From the NCBI GenBank assembly GCA_964513645.1, contig CAZENF010000003.1, positions 26,425-90,424 on the forward strand: DNA of 64,000 nucleotides, given 5' to 3'. The position numbers were made by a program, and so were the translations under genes. Below are positions 50,681 through 60,354 of the stretch, piece by piece. The stretch is from an uncultured Candidatus Saccharibacteria bacterium. Its GTDB lineage: Bacteria > Patescibacteriota > Minisyncoccia > 2-02-FULL-40-12 > GWA2-44-9. Each line of letters begins with the position of its first letter. Positions within the stretch are counted from its first letter, which is position 1. The notes under the pieces are model-generated. The model did not search any database and was not told the DNA's origin. It saw only the letters and a list, made by a program, of their open reading frames with translations.

Positions 50681-52228
50681 AGAAGGATGAACATCTGCGG
50701 AAGCAGGTGTTTTTCCTTTATTAGCTATGTTTTTTGCCGGTTCGAAAGTGGAATTCAGCTTTGGCATCCACTCTGCCAAAAATTCGAACGCAAATGTGTA
50801 ATTTGCGCTTATTTTATCTGCATCCAATGTAAGGTTCGAAAATACATAGCTCAACAGCAACCGGCGGTCCTCAACAGTCGCTTTCTCGCTCTGATAAATC
50901 TGCTTGGCTTTCAACGCGAGCTCGTGAATGGCAAAGCCAGCGGCATAGTATTGCGTGTTTGATTGGTCGAGCTTTCCGAGCTTCTCGAGGATGTTTTCTT
51001 TCTCTTCTGTGTATTCTTTGAATTTGCGCTCATAGAATTCCGGCGCAATCTTGCCGTCTATCTTATCCTCGTAGATTGCTTCCAAGCGGCGCTGAATGCG
51101 CTCTGACTGCGTTACAAGCTCGCGCTTCTGTGCCTCGTAGTAATTTATTTCTTCGGCGTGGCTCTCTTTGAGCGCCTTCTCGAGCAAGCGCAACACACGC
51201 TCATTCTTGGGCGCTACGCCATCGAAGAATGGAAAGAGTTGTTCTTCCACCTTCTCCTGTCTGATGGTCCCTTTTCGTGGGCAACCCTTGTAGTGATTGC
51301 AGTCGCCATACCAGTGGCCTTTCTTGGTATACCAAGTGATAGTGCCACCACAGTCGAGACATTGGACCTTTGCTTTGAACACAGGCAGATGCTTTCGATA
51401 TACAGGGGCTTTGAGTTTCCTTGCGAGCTTTGCCTGCACTTCTTCGAACAGCTCTCTTGAGATTATCGGCTCATGTTCACCCGGATAGATTTCATCTTTC
51501 CATCGGACCTTGCCGTAATAGAAAGGGTCTGAAAGCAAATCGTGCATCCTGCTTTTTCCAACCTTGCCGCCATTTCGGTTTCTCAATCCTTCCTTATACA
51601 TCGTGTCAACGAGAGAGTGCGTTGAATGATTGCCTGAAGAATATAGCTCGAACATTCTGCGGATGTATGGCGCCTTCTCCGGGTCAATGAGATGAATCCG
51701 GTGCCCCTTGTCTCCGTCCGACTTATAACCAAGCGGCGGTTTCGTTGGCAGCCATCCCTGTGCCAATTTTTCTTTCTGTCCTTTCTTCACTTCTTCGGAG
51801 AGGTTGTTGGTGTAGAAGCGAGCAATAGCAACTTTCATATCCCAAACCAAATTTTCGTGGGCCCGGGTGTTTTTGTTCAATACGAAATTCTCTTTTACAA
51901 AGTGAACCTCGCGCTTCGGGTCCGCTTTCACCCAGTCATCAATCGTGCTGGCGTCTTTCAGATTTCTTGTAAGGCGGTCAATCTTTTCACAAGCGATGAT
52001 GTGGACCTTGTGCTTCTCGGCATACTGCATCATTTCGTTGAGAGATTTGCGAATCTGTTTACCGCTTGCCGATTCAGTTATCTTGTAAACTTTCGGGACT
52101 ACAAAACCATGTCTGTCCGAGTAGTCCTTGAGCAGCTTTTCCTGCGCTTCCAATGAATAGCCGGTTTCTTCCTGTTCTTTGGAAGAGACACGGCAGTATA
52201 TGAGTGATTTTTGAGTAGTTATTTCCAT
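50432..52228 (-). CDS. large serine recombinase (resolvase/invertase catalytic domain + recombinase domain + zinc ribbon + coiled coil)
   Basis: N-terminal LIYCRVSSKEQ and KIDRLTRN catalytic-Ser motifs, and the CLDCGG...CNHYKGC zinc ribbon. The last ~85 codons of the ORF are antisense to the tRNA 3' exon and intron, so the true C-terminus is uncertain. Confidence 0.8.
   Translation of the reverse strand: MEITTQKSLIYCRVSSKEQEETGYSLEAQEKLLKDYSDRHGFVVPKVYKITESASGKQIRKSLNEMMQYAEKHKVHIIACEKIDRLTRNLKDASTIDDWVKADPKREVHFVKENFVLNKNTRAHENLVWDMKVAIARFYTNNLSEEVKKGQKEKLAQGWLPTKPPLGYKSDGDKGHRIHLIDPEKAPYIRRMFELYSSGNHSTHSLVDTMYKEGLRNRNGGKVGKSRMHDLLSDPFYYGKVRWKDEIYPGEHEPIISRELFEEVQAKLARKLKAPVYRKHLPVFKAKVQCLDCGGTITWYTKKGHWYGDCNHYKGCPRKGTIRQEKVEEQLFPFFDGVAPKNERVLRLLEKALKESHAEEINYYEAQKRELVTQSERIQRRLEAIYEDKIDGKIAPEFYERKFKEYTEEKENILEKLGKLDQSNTQYYAAGFAIHELALKAKQIYQSEKATVEDRRLLLSYVFSNLTLDADKISANYTFAFEFLAEWMPKLNSTFEPAKNIANKGKTPASADVHPSWLRRQDSNLEPSPYTLPNTFVWCGLYHHPKKGASVSSLYGAPCGFPRYYPFFRIRASPISRSVSIHLSMESCDSFHREPLYH
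50454..50639 (+). ncRNA. group I self-splicing intron (small IC3/Azoarcus-like) in the tRNA anticodon loop
   Basis: R-like CCGTAGAGACTAGATACCG and S-like GATGATATAGTCC elements form P7 (AGACUA/UAGUC). Q-like ACCCGCAAGG and P-like AATTCGAAAG elements. P1 can form between exon CUGU and intron GCAG with the U.G pair at the splice site. P2 ccatc-GAAA-ggtgg. Omega G precedes the 3' exon. Confidence 0.7.
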
Positions 52229-52390
52229 AAATGCACGAAAGGGACAGCTATGGTTGACCCAATTCCGCGCTCCCGAAGGATTGCCTCACTGGCATAGCTG
52301 CCCCTTTCGGGCAACGAGGCAATAAAAAAATTCGGGGCGTAATCGGAAACCGGGTCAACGAATATATCATAGCATTTTTCAGAGTAATTC

Positions 52391-52744
52391 TCAAATCAAT
52401 CCCTTTATTTTATAAGCAAGTTCGACAAACTTGCCGCGGATTACAAAGTCCGGTATGACCATAAACTGTCCGTTCTCATCGGAATGGAATTTTACGGCCT
52501 CCAACCCCTGTCTGTGAATTGATAATAACTTTTGGTCCGGTAGAAAATCCTGTGTAAGCAACTGAAACCCCATACTTTCCGTGAGCTTCTGTGGAGTTTT
52601 TGCTGTCTTCGGCGAATAGCCACATTTACGCATTGCTGCACCAACATTCCCACCATTATGTAGGATTTCTGCAAGTGCGAGTTTCTGCTTTATTGTGCCT
52701 TTTATCTGATATTTCATAGGTTTATTTCCACCAAAATCCACCAT
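52391..52744 (-). CDS. phage terminase small subunit-like HTH protein
   Basis: NGGNVGAAMRKCGYSPKTAKTPQKL resembles the Terminase_2 N-terminal HTH (g.n.teAa..aGYs.ktA). Confidence 0.4.
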   Translation of the reverse strand: MVDFGGNKPMKYQIKGTIKQKLALAEILHNGGNVGAAMRKCGYSPKTAKTPQKLTESMGFQLLTQDFLPDQKLLSIHRQGLEAVKFHSDENGQFMVIPDFVIRGKFVELAYKIKGLI

Positions 52745-52752
52745 TTTTACTA

Positions 52753-52980
52753 TCAGCGCATCCTGTATTTTTTAGCCATTCTTCTACGCATCTTGGATAA
52801 TTCGAATTCACGCATTGCTAACTGCACACTTTTGACGAATCTATCTTCCGGAGAAGATTTACGAGTAATGGGTCTTATCTTCTTTATTGGATTGGATTTG
52901 ATAGTTTTCATTGTTTCTGTAATTTTCTTTATATTTCTTTGAATTTCTTTGGACAAAGTTTCGTTCGGAAAACCGAACAA
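52753..52980 (-). CDS. hypothetical small basic protein
   Basis: ORF only. Lys/Arg-rich. Confidence 0.3.
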   Translation of the reverse strand: MFGFPNETLSKEIQRNIKKITETMKTIKSNPIKKIRPITRKSSPEDRFVKSVQLAMREFELSKMRRRMAKKYRMR

Positions 52981-52985
52981 GGTTA

Positions 52986-53495
52986 TTACGGCGGCCGAAA
53001 CATTGTCATCTTTTTTGCCAAATTCACTCTACCCCTTTGCACATTTGCTTGTTCTTGCCTCCGAACAAGTTGTTCGTCAGTTGGAACAATAAGTTTTGGC
53101 AGATGAACAAATTGTTCGGCTTCGTAGATATTCTTTCGTCCTTTCTCGAATATCCACAGATAATGAACAAGTGTTTTTCCACGACCTCTTTTTACGAATC
53201 CTTTGTTTTCCAAACCTGCCAGAGTTACCTGCAATTTGCCTATAGACCAGTTTATTTCCTTACGGAGCTCTCGAATGGTTGCAAAAACTATCGCGTAATT
53301 TTCCTTTTGCCTTTTATCCCAACCTGCTTCCTGAACCAGTAAAAGGTAGAGGACAGTTTCATTCTCATTGAGGAGTTTCAACAATGCCGGCAGGATATAC
53401 CTATACTGTAGAAAGAAACCTGTTTTTTTCATCATAGTCATTTTTGTTCTTCTCTCGGTAGTGAATTCTCGCCAGTAAATCAAAGTAACCGACAA
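52986..53495 (-). CDS. winged-helix protein, possibly replication initiator/replisome-organizer-like
   Basis: LLLVQEAGWDKRQKENYAIVFATIRELRKEINWS...LENKGFVKRGRG pattern. The start is probably internal (MMKKTGFF). Confidence 0.35.
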   Translation of the reverse strand: MSVTLIYWREFTTERRTKMTMMKKTGFFLQYRYILPALLKLLNENETVLYLLLVQEAGWDKRQKENYAIVFATIRELRKEINWSIGKLQVTLAGLENKGFVKRGRGKTLVHYLWIFEKGRKNIYEAEQFVHLPKLIVPTDEQLVRRQEQANVQRGRVNLAKKMTMFRPP

Positions 53496-53598
53496 GATTT
53501 TTCGTAATTTCAGCCACTTCGCCCAGCGTCAAATCCTTCCCATAATCTTCTTTGAGAATCTGCTGCATTTCACGGATTGTCGCTTCGCTAATAGCCAT
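53401..53598 (-). CDS. hypothetical small protein
   Basis: ORF only. Overlaps the upstream ORF's annotated start. Confidence 0.25.
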   Translation of the reverse strand: MAISEATIREMQQILKEDYGKDLTLGEVAEITKNLVGYFDLLARIHYREKNKNDYDEKNRFLSTV

Positions 53599-53600
53599 AA

Positions 53601-53858
53601 TTACTCCCGGGCGTAAAGCCGGGCCTTGATAGTCCGTAGGGCTCCAAAATAGGCCTGCGGTTCGACCTTGATTCCACCGCGCCAGTATTCGTTCACCACT
53701 TCCTCGAGCTTGCTGTCCTGCTGGAAAACAAACTCGGCCTTGCGAGGATTCTGTCTTTCAATGGCTTCAAGAGGATGCGACAGCAAAATAACCGCTGCCA
53801 GTCCGAGGTCGGCGGTTGAGTAGAATTTTTCTTGTCGCGCTTCTTTTTTCATAGTCAT
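53601..53858 (-). CDS. hypothetical small protein
   Basis: ORF only. Confidence 0.3.
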   Translation of the reverse strand: MTMKKEARQEKFYSTADLGLAAVILLSHPLEAIERQNPRKAEFVFQQDSKLEEVVNEYWRGGIKVEPQAYFGALRTIKARLYARE

Positions 53859-53937
53859 TGATAATCAAAAAACCTGCATCTTTATGATTGCAGGTTCGAC
53901 TTCCGGGCGACATGTTCTTTTATTTGGACTACATAAA

Positions 53938-54702
53938 TTACACAGAGTTTCCTTTACTCATTCGTCTCACGATAGTGCGCAAGGTTTCTTCGCCAACTTT
54001 TTTACCAGTTTCCTTGCTGATGATTTCGGCTATGGCTGCATATTTATTTCTGTAATTACTGACCTGTTTCTTGAGCTCCGAAGCGTCCATAAAGGAATGG
54101 CGTTGCCATGCTCGGTAAATTCCTTTGTGGCGCTCTTTTTTGTCTTTGGAATATCCACGCACTCGAGATTCTTGATGGCCAGCCATCATCATTCGCATTA
54201 GCCCATATTTGGTCCGATAGATGGACTTGAAGTAAGTCAATACTGCCTTTTCCGGCAGGTCGGGACTTATAACGAACAGGGCGCCTTCGGGGTAATCTTT
54301 TTTCAAATTAGCTAACTCTTTTTCGCCAACTGTGTTCAAACTATGCGCAGAAATCCCAAACGGCGTGCGAGCCATTATCTCTTCAGCTTCTTTGCGGTCA
54401 CCGACAATGTAAGACGAAATGAAAACTGTAAAATCGCCGGAATCAAATTGCAAATTCCCGAATTGGTTTTTTATGATAGTAGAGCCCATGTCTGCCAATT
54501 TCAAGCAAGCATTGCGATACTTCTTTTTGAATTTTGGAAGTGTCTCCACATACCACTTTCCGCTATCGCGGATGTTCTCGAATCCTTCTCGCGGTATTGA
54601 AAAAAGACCGCGTTGGTTGCGAACCTCCAAAAGAAAGAGTGAGTTGGATTCCAAGCGCTCCAAAAGTTTGGAGTATCTCGATTGTTTCATTTTCATTGTC
54701 AT
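53938..54702 (-). CDS. hypothetical protein
   Basis: 254-aa ORF. No motif recognised. Confidence 0.35.
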   Translation of the reverse strand: MTMKMKQSRYSKLLERLESNSLFLLEVRNQRGLFSIPREGFENIRDSGKWYVETLPKFKKKYRNACLKLADMGSTIIKNQFGNLQFDSGDFTVFISSYIVGDRKEAEEIMARTPFGISAHSLNTVGEKELANLKKDYPEGALFVISPDLPEKAVLTYFKSIYRTKYGLMRMMMAGHQESRVRGYSKDKKERHKGIYRAWQRHSFMDASELKKQVSNYRNKYAAIAEIISKETGKKVGEETLRTIVRRMSKGNSV

Positions 54703-54844
54703 TCTTACTTGTAAAATAGCAATTTTATGGCTTTATCTCAACTCAAAACGGCATTGAAAAAACTCTCGGGAATTGATAAGATGAAATTGCACAACTGAAT
54801 AAAGCTCGTGAGAGCAGGACCTACAACCCTCGGTAACCATCCCG

Positions 54845-55315
54845 GTGGCATGGTCTCAAAGTCGGATAAGGCGCAGAGAACCCGTCATGTGGTTGCCTTA
54901 TCCGCCTTATCGGGAAACCGGTAAGTCCACGAAAGTGGAGACCCGTGGCGGGCTTTGTGCGTTCTGCGGACCGCCCGGGCGTTCGAGATTCAATCTCACG
55001 CCCATGAAAAAACTACCATCAAGAGACAAAGTATTTTGGAAAAACTTTTTCTACGCACTTTTGATATTTCTGTTTGCCGTAGTAATTTTCACTGTTGAAA
55101 ATAATGCCACTGGTGATGCTCCTACCCCTTTGAGATTCTCTGATTTCACTTCAACGCTTGGACTGGTTGGATTCTTTGCGATAATCGCATGCTGTTATTT
55201 CGTAGCCATGCGATTTGTTCGCTCAAAAAAGATAGACGAGTTTGTTGAAAAGAAGGGACTCACTTACCAAGCGTTCAGAGAAAAATACGGAGAGTTTTTG
55301 GACTACATAGATTGA
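54845..55315 (+). CDS. hypothetical membrane protein
   Basis: Two TM helices. The true start is probably internal (MKKLPSRDK). Confidence 0.3.
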   Translation: MAWSQSRIRRREPVMWLPYPPYRETGKSTKVETRGGLCAFCGPPGRSRFNLTPMKKLPSRDKVFWKNFFYALLIFLFAVVIFTVENNATGDAPTPLRFSDFTSTLGLVGFFAIIACCYFVAMRFVRSKKIDEFVEKKGLTYQAFREKYGEFLDYID

Positions 55316-55416
55316 AAAAATAAACCTTGAGCTATGTGATGTAAGATAAGGGGGTGCGGCTGCCGTATGGCAACCTTTTTATTTTTGTTGTAAACTTATG
55401 GTAAGTCGGTATTTTT

Positions 55417-55617
55417 ATGAAACGAAAGCCGAAGAATAGCAAAAATCAGACCTCGCACGATGTTTTGACATTGAAAGAAGCGTGCGAGTTATTGAATTGT
55501 CATCCAAATACACTTCGTAATTGGGACAACAAAGGTGTGCTGCGAGCAATAAGGTTTGGTAGTCGTGGGGACCGGCGCTACCGCAAGCAAGATATTTTGA
55601 AGCTGATAAAAAAATAA
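55417..55617 (+). CDS. excisionase-family (HTH_17/MerR-like) DNA-binding protein
   Basis: LTLKEACELLNCHPNTLRNWDNKGVLRAIRFGSRGDRRY is typical of Xis-type HTH. Confidence 0.55.
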   Translation: MKRKPKNSKNQTSHDVLTLKEACELLNCHPNTLRNWDNKGVLRAIRFGSRGDRRYRKQDILKLIKK

Positions 55618-55624
55618 GAGCTAT

Positions 55625-57337
55625 ATGGCACGCAAAATAAATTACGACAACTGGTCAAGAGAAGAATTGGAAAAGGAGCTTCGCCGCTTGAAAGAGACGA
55701 AGTATGGTCTTGTTTGGCATCGAGACCTTCCCGAAGAAAAGATTGATGTGCTTATCAATCCCGATGCTCGCACGCCAAATGAAATGTTCCCGAACGAGAT
55801 GGCAGGCAAACCATTTCCAGTTTTGAAAGAAGCAAAATCGAAAGAGGTCAACGGAGATAAAGATAAGCGAATCAACTTGCTTATCGAGGGAGATAATTTT
55901 CATTCACTCGCCGTTCTCAACTTTTCTCATCAAGAAGCGGTGGACCTGATTTACATCGACCCCCCTTATAACCGAGGTGTGAAAGGTGGCAATGATTTCC
56001 GCTATAACGACAAATTTATTGATAGCGAAGACCCTTTTCGGCACAGCAAATGGCTTTCCTTTATGGAAAAAAGGTTGAAGCTGGCAAAGAATTTGATGAA
56101 AGCAACAGGCGTTATTTTCATCAGCATTGACAATACAGAGCAAGCGCCACTGCGCTTACTGTGTGATGAAATTTTTGGGGATAAGAATTTCGTTGGCACT
56201 TTGATTTGGAGAAAAAAAGAAGGTGGCGGCCAAGCTGACGCATATTTTGTTACCGAACATGAATATGTTTTGGCCTACGCAAAGTCCGATAAGTTTCAAT
56301 GGAAGGACGAAGAAATTCCAGTTGATGAAGCGGAATACAACAAGGAAGACGATGAGGGTAAATTCACAGCCGTAAAGTTGGCGAAATGGGGCAACACCGC
56401 TCGAAGAGAGGACCGCCCAAAGATGTATTTCCCTATAAAGTCCCCGGATGGCAAAAATGTTTATCCCATTGCACCCGATGGTGGTGATGGGCGCTGGCGT
56501 GTAGGCAAAAAACGGATGGATATGTTGGTTGAGAAAGACCTTGTTTATTGGCAACAGAAAAATGGCAAGTGGATACCCTACGAGAAGATTTATTTTGATG
56601 GTGATGAAGTCAAGAAAATAAAGGAGAGAAGTATTCTGTTTGACCTTGCCACAACCGCTGACGGAACCAATGAGCTTACGGAAATTTTCGGTAAGAAGGA
56701 TATTTTCGAAAACCCGAAACCAACAGAGCTCATCAAATTCTTTCTCCGTTATGGTGCGGACACTAATGCTGTTGTGCTGGATTTCTTTGCTGGTTCCGGC
56801 ACCACCGGCCAAGCGGTAATGAAAGCAAACCAAGAGGACGGCGGTAATCGCCAATTCATACTGTGCACCAATGACGAGAATGGTATTTGCACGGAAGTTT
56901 GCTATCCACGCCTCAAGAAAGTTATCAAGGGATACAAAAATCCCAAGAATAAAAATGTCGATGGTCTTGGTGGTAATTTGAAATACTTCACTTGCGACTT
57001 CGTAGAAGCAGAGCCAACGGACAGGAATAAAAGAAAGTTGGTCAACGAATCAACGGATATGCTTTGCATCCGAGAGAATGCTTTTGAGTTGGTGCAAGAT
57101 GGGACTGACTTCAAGATTTTCAAGAACGGCGCAAAGTATCTTGGTATCGTCTTTCACGAGGATGCTATTGATGATTTCAAAAAGGCCATAAAGAAAATGG
57201 ACGGCAAATTCAATGTGTATGTGTTCTCGCTGGGAGATGACCCACACGAGAAGCAGTTTATGGATGTAAGAGAAAAGGTCGCTCTCTGTGCCATACCGGA
57301 GGTCATCTTGAAGGTGTATAGAGAGATTTTCAAATAA
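55625..57337 (+). CDS. mod: Type III restriction-modification Mod subunit (beta-class N6-adenine DNA methyltransferase)
   Basis: Motif IV LIYIDPPYN early, motif I LDFFAGSGTTG late (beta order). 570 aa. Immediately followed by res. Confidence 0.8.
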   Translation: MARKINYDNWSREELEKELRRLKETKYGLVWHRDLPEEKIDVLINPDARTPNEMFPNEMAGKPFPVLKEAKSKEVNGDKDKRINLLIEGDNFHSLAVLNFSHQEAVDLIYIDPPYNRGVKGGNDFRYNDKFIDSEDPFRHSKWLSFMEKRLKLAKNLMKATGVIFISIDNTEQAPLRLLCDEIFGDKNFVGTLIWRKKEGGGQADAYFVTEHEYVLAYAKSDKFQWKDEEIPVDEAEYNKEDDEGKFTAVKLAKWGNTARREDRPKMYFPIKSPDGKNVYPIAPDGGDGRWRVGKKRMDMLVEKDLVYWQQKNGKWIPYEKIYFDGDEVKKIKERSILFDLATTADGTNELTEIFGKKDIFENPKPTELIKFFLRYGADTNAVVLDFFAGSGTTGQAVMKANQEDGGNRQFILCTNDENGICTEVCYPRLKKVIKGYKNPKNKNVDGLGGNLKYFTCDFVEAEPTDRNKRKLVNESTDMLCIRENAFELVQDGTDFKIFKNGAKYLGIVFHEDAIDDFKKAIKKMDGKFNVYVFSLGDDPHEKQFMDVREKVALCAIPEVILKVYREIFK

Positions 57338-57341
57338 ATTT

Positions 57342-59573
57342 ATGTGGATTGAATTCAAAGATTATCAAGAAAAAGCCATTGTCAAATTGAAGCAAGAGGT
57401 CAATGACCTCTTGGAGGCCGATGGTAATAAAATTTGCATATTCAAAGCTCCGACCGGCTCCGGTAAGACACTGATGATGGCCGAGTTTTTGAAGCGCCTT
57501 ATTGATTCGAGAATTGACGACAAGAAGTTTTCTTTTATTTGGATTGCTGTGAACAAGTTGCATGACCAAAGCCGCAATAGCTTGAAAAAATACTATGAAC
57601 CACTTGGTATTGCTCTCAAGTGTTCTTATTTCGATGACTTGGATGACCGAAAAATTGGTCCGAATGAAATCCTATTTTTGAACTGGGCAAGCATCAACAA
57701 GAAAGACAATGTGTATGTTCGAGAAAATGAACGAGACAACAACCTCTCGAATATCATTGCACGCACCAAAGAAGAAGGTCGGTCAATCATTTTGATAATT
57801 GATGAGAGCCATCGAAATGCAGAAACAGAAAAATCAAAAGAGCTTATTGATGACATTGGCCCGAAAATCACCATAGAAGTTTCAGCTACGCCGCAGCTCA
57901 AGGGAGTATTTCGTGGTGTGGAGGTTGAACTCAAAGCCGTAAAGGATGAGGGAATGATAAAGAAAGAGGTTGCAATCAACCCGGGATTTGAGACCCTCAA
58001 ACTCGATAAAAAACTTGCTGACAAAACAGCCGATGAAATTGTTGTTGAGGCCGGATTGAAAAAGCGCCTTGAGCTCGCCAAGCAATACGCAGCCGAGGGG
58101 TCAAATGTGAACCCACTCACGCTTATTCAGATACCGGATGCTCGTGCCGGATTGGATAAGAAAGACGCTGTGATTCAGCTTCTTGCTAAATATGGAATTA
58201 CGACAGAGAACGGCAAGCTGGCAATTTATTTGTCCGACAAAGACAACAAGGTCAACCTTGAGAACATAGAGAAAAATGAAAACGAGGTTGAGGTGATGAT
58301 TTTCAAACAAGCCATTGCTGTGGGTTGGGATTGTCCCCGTGCTGCAATCTTGGTGTTATTCCGCGAGTGGAAGAATGTGGTTTTCTCGATTCAAACTATC
58401 GGACGCATTATGCGCATGCCGGAGCACCACCACTACAACAGCTCGGAGCTCAACATGGGCTATGTATACACGAGCTTGAGCGACATCGGTATCGCAGAGG
58501 ATATTTCAAGAGAATACATCACTGTTTTTGAGGGCAATAGGCGTAAGGATTACAAAAACATTGACCTCGCCTCTGTTCACTCAAAACGCTTCCGAGAAGA
58601 AACTCGATTGTCATCTGACTTTGTGCCGATATTTTTCAAAGCAGCAGATGAATTGAAATTGAAAAAGAGCATCTCGCTCAAGCACAGCATCGTAGATACC
58701 AAGCTCATTGCAAGCGGCAAAATTACAGATGTAGATAAAGAGGCAAAGAGTATTGAAAAGAAAGGCACGCTGGATATACCAAAGAATGAAGTCGAGCTAC
58801 AAAATGCCTTCGACTACTTCGCTCGAGAAAATCTTGCTCCCTTTGCACCGGAACTACGCTCGATAAAGCGTATCAATGATTCTATCTATCGTTTCTTCGA
58901 TAAAGAATTCAAAATGGGTGTTGATGAATGGCCGAAGGTGCAAGCAGTGGTCTTGGCAGAGGAAAATCGGCAGAAAATGGTTGATGTTATCAATCGTGCA
59001 AAGGAGCTCTACCAAGATGTTGTTGGTAGAGGTAAACAAGAGTTGGTTGAAAACGAAGAGCCGTGGAATGTGCCGGAGACCATCAACTACAACCTGACCT
59101 TCACGAAGAAAGATTATAAGAAATCAATTATCCAGCCATACTACGCAAGGACAGGCAATGGCAACCTCGAGCTATTCGAAGAAGACAGCGACATCGAAGT
59201 GGACTTTATTGCCTACTTGGAAAAAGCAAAACAAGTGAAGTGGTGGTTCAAGAATGGCCGACAGGATGGCTCATATTTTGCCGTGCCATACACCGAAAAT
59301 GGCATTGAGAAGCCCTTCTATGTCGATTTCGTTGTAATGCTCTCTGACGGCAAAATAGGCCTGTTTGACACGAAGGGTGGCATCTATGCCAAGACGGCCA
59401 AAGAGCGCGCCGAGGGCCTCGCTGCCTATATCGAAAATGAGAATAAGCACGGCAAGAAGTTGCTTGGCGGTATCGTGCTGAAAGACAAAGGTAGCTGGCG
59501 ATACAGCGATAGCAAGAAATACTCTTACGACCCCAAAGACCTTACCAAGTGGAAGTTTTTGGACCTCAACTGA
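57342..59573 (+). CDS. res: Type III restriction enzyme Res subunit (SF2 helicase + C-terminal PD-(D/E)xK nuclease)
   Basis: Helicase motif I FKAPTGSGKT and motif II IIDESHR. C-terminal EVDF...LEKAK nuclease-like motif. 743 aa. Confidence 0.75.
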   Translation: MWIEFKDYQEKAIVKLKQEVNDLLEADGNKICIFKAPTGSGKTLMMAEFLKRLIDSRIDDKKFSFIWIAVNKLHDQSRNSLKKYYEPLGIALKCSYFDDLDDRKIGPNEILFLNWASINKKDNVYVRENERDNNLSNIIARTKEEGRSIILIIDESHRNAETEKSKELIDDIGPKITIEVSATPQLKGVFRGVEVELKAVKDEGMIKKEVAINPGFETLKLDKKLADKTADEIVVEAGLKKRLELAKQYAAEGSNVNPLTLIQIPDARAGLDKKDAVIQLLAKYGITTENGKLAIYLSDKDNKVNLENIEKNENEVEVMIFKQAIAVGWDCPRAAILVLFREWKNVVFSIQTIGRIMRMPEHHHYNSSELNMGYVYTSLSDIGIAEDISREYITVFEGNRRKDYKNIDLASVHSKRFREETRLSSDFVPIFFKAADELKLKKSISLKHSIVDTKLIASGKITDVDKEAKSIEKKGTLDIPKNEVELQNAFDYFARENLAPFAPELRSIKRINDSIYRFFDKEFKMGVDEWPKVQAVVLAEENRQKMVDVINRAKELYQDVVGRGKQELVENEEPWNVPETINYNLTFTKKDYKKSIIQPYYARTGNGNLELFEEDSDIEVDFIAYLEKAKQVKWWFKNGRQDGSYFAVPYTENGIEKPFYVDFVVMLSDGKIGLFDTKGGIYAKTAKERAEGLAAYIENENKHGKKLLGGIVLKDKGSWRYSDSKKYSYDPKDLTKWKFLDLN

Positions 59574-59574
59574 T

Positions 59575-60354
59575 ATGAATTCATTCAAAGACATTGCATA
59601 TCAAATCTTGCAAGAAGCGGGCAAACCTCTTCACAGCAAGGAAATAACAAAAATCGCTCTTGAGCGTGGCTGGTTGAAAACTGCGGGTAAGACACCGGAG
59701 GCCACCATGAACGCTCAAATCGTGGTAGACATCAATGCGAAGAAAGATGCCTCAAGGTTTGTAAAAACTGCGCCATCAACATTTGGTATCAACCCGAGCC
59801 CCACCCTACAAGTGAAAGCGGCTGACAAGGTGAAAGTTTTTGAAGCCCCTCGTTTGGAAAAGAAATGGAAAGTTTCTGCAAATATCTCGACCAAACAGAA
59901 AGGAGATATTGCCGAAGCTCGCATTGCAGAGCTCATCACTTTGTATGGCGATACCACTTTGTCATGCTACAAACCAATTTCTGATGACGAAGGGATTGAC
60001 CTTATCGTGAAAGAGAAAGGTAGTTTGCGGACAATGTATATCCAAATCAAAAGTCGCTTTGGAGATAATCCGGACGATATTTTCACAGCAACCGCAAAAG
60101 CAGGCACACTTGCAGACAATTACTCGATGGCCATAGTGTTTTGCTTTTTCGACACCGAAGAAGGCGATGTATGGGACTTTGTGTGGTTTGTGCCGGCACC
60201 GGATTTTATCAAGATGGCCAATAAGTTGGATGGTGGAAAGATGTTTGGTTTTGTTGCTGGCCGACAAAAGAAAGAATCAAACAAGTGGGACCAGTATTTG
60301 ATTGATAAGCGAGATTTGGCAAATGCCATTCTCGCTCAAATGAAACGGATATGA
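59575..60354 (+). CDS. HARE-HTH domain protein fused to a PD-(D/E)xK nuclease-like domain
   Basis: N-terminal DIAYQILQEAGKPLHSKEI...TPEATMNAQIVVDI...RFVKTAPSTFGI fits HARE-HTH. C-terminal AEARIAELI / DDEGIDLIV / YIQIKS fits E...D...QxK. Confidence 0.5.
   Translation: MNSFKDIAYQILQEAGKPLHSKEITKIALERGWLKTAGKTPEATMNAQIVVDINAKKDASRFVKTAPSTFGINPSPTLQVKAADKVKVFEAPRLEKKWKVSANISTKQKGDIAEARIAELITLYGDTTLSCYKPISDDEGIDLIVKEKGSLRTMYIQIKSRFGDNPDDIFTATAKAGTLADNYSMAIVFCFFDTEEGDVWDFVWFVPAPDFIKMANKLDGGKMFGFVAGRQKKESNKWDQYLIDKRDLANAILAQMKRI

Noticed and set aside
50350-50694. 114-aa minus-strand ORF across the tRNA/intron
   Set aside because: It lies entirely within the intron-containing tRNA gene and is nested inside the recombinase read-through. 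Conserved group I core elements explain the sequence.
55642-56854. Minus-strand ORFs inside the mod gene (for example 56156..56854, 232 aa)
   Set aside because: These are antisense to a motif-supported methyltransferase and have no motifs of their own.
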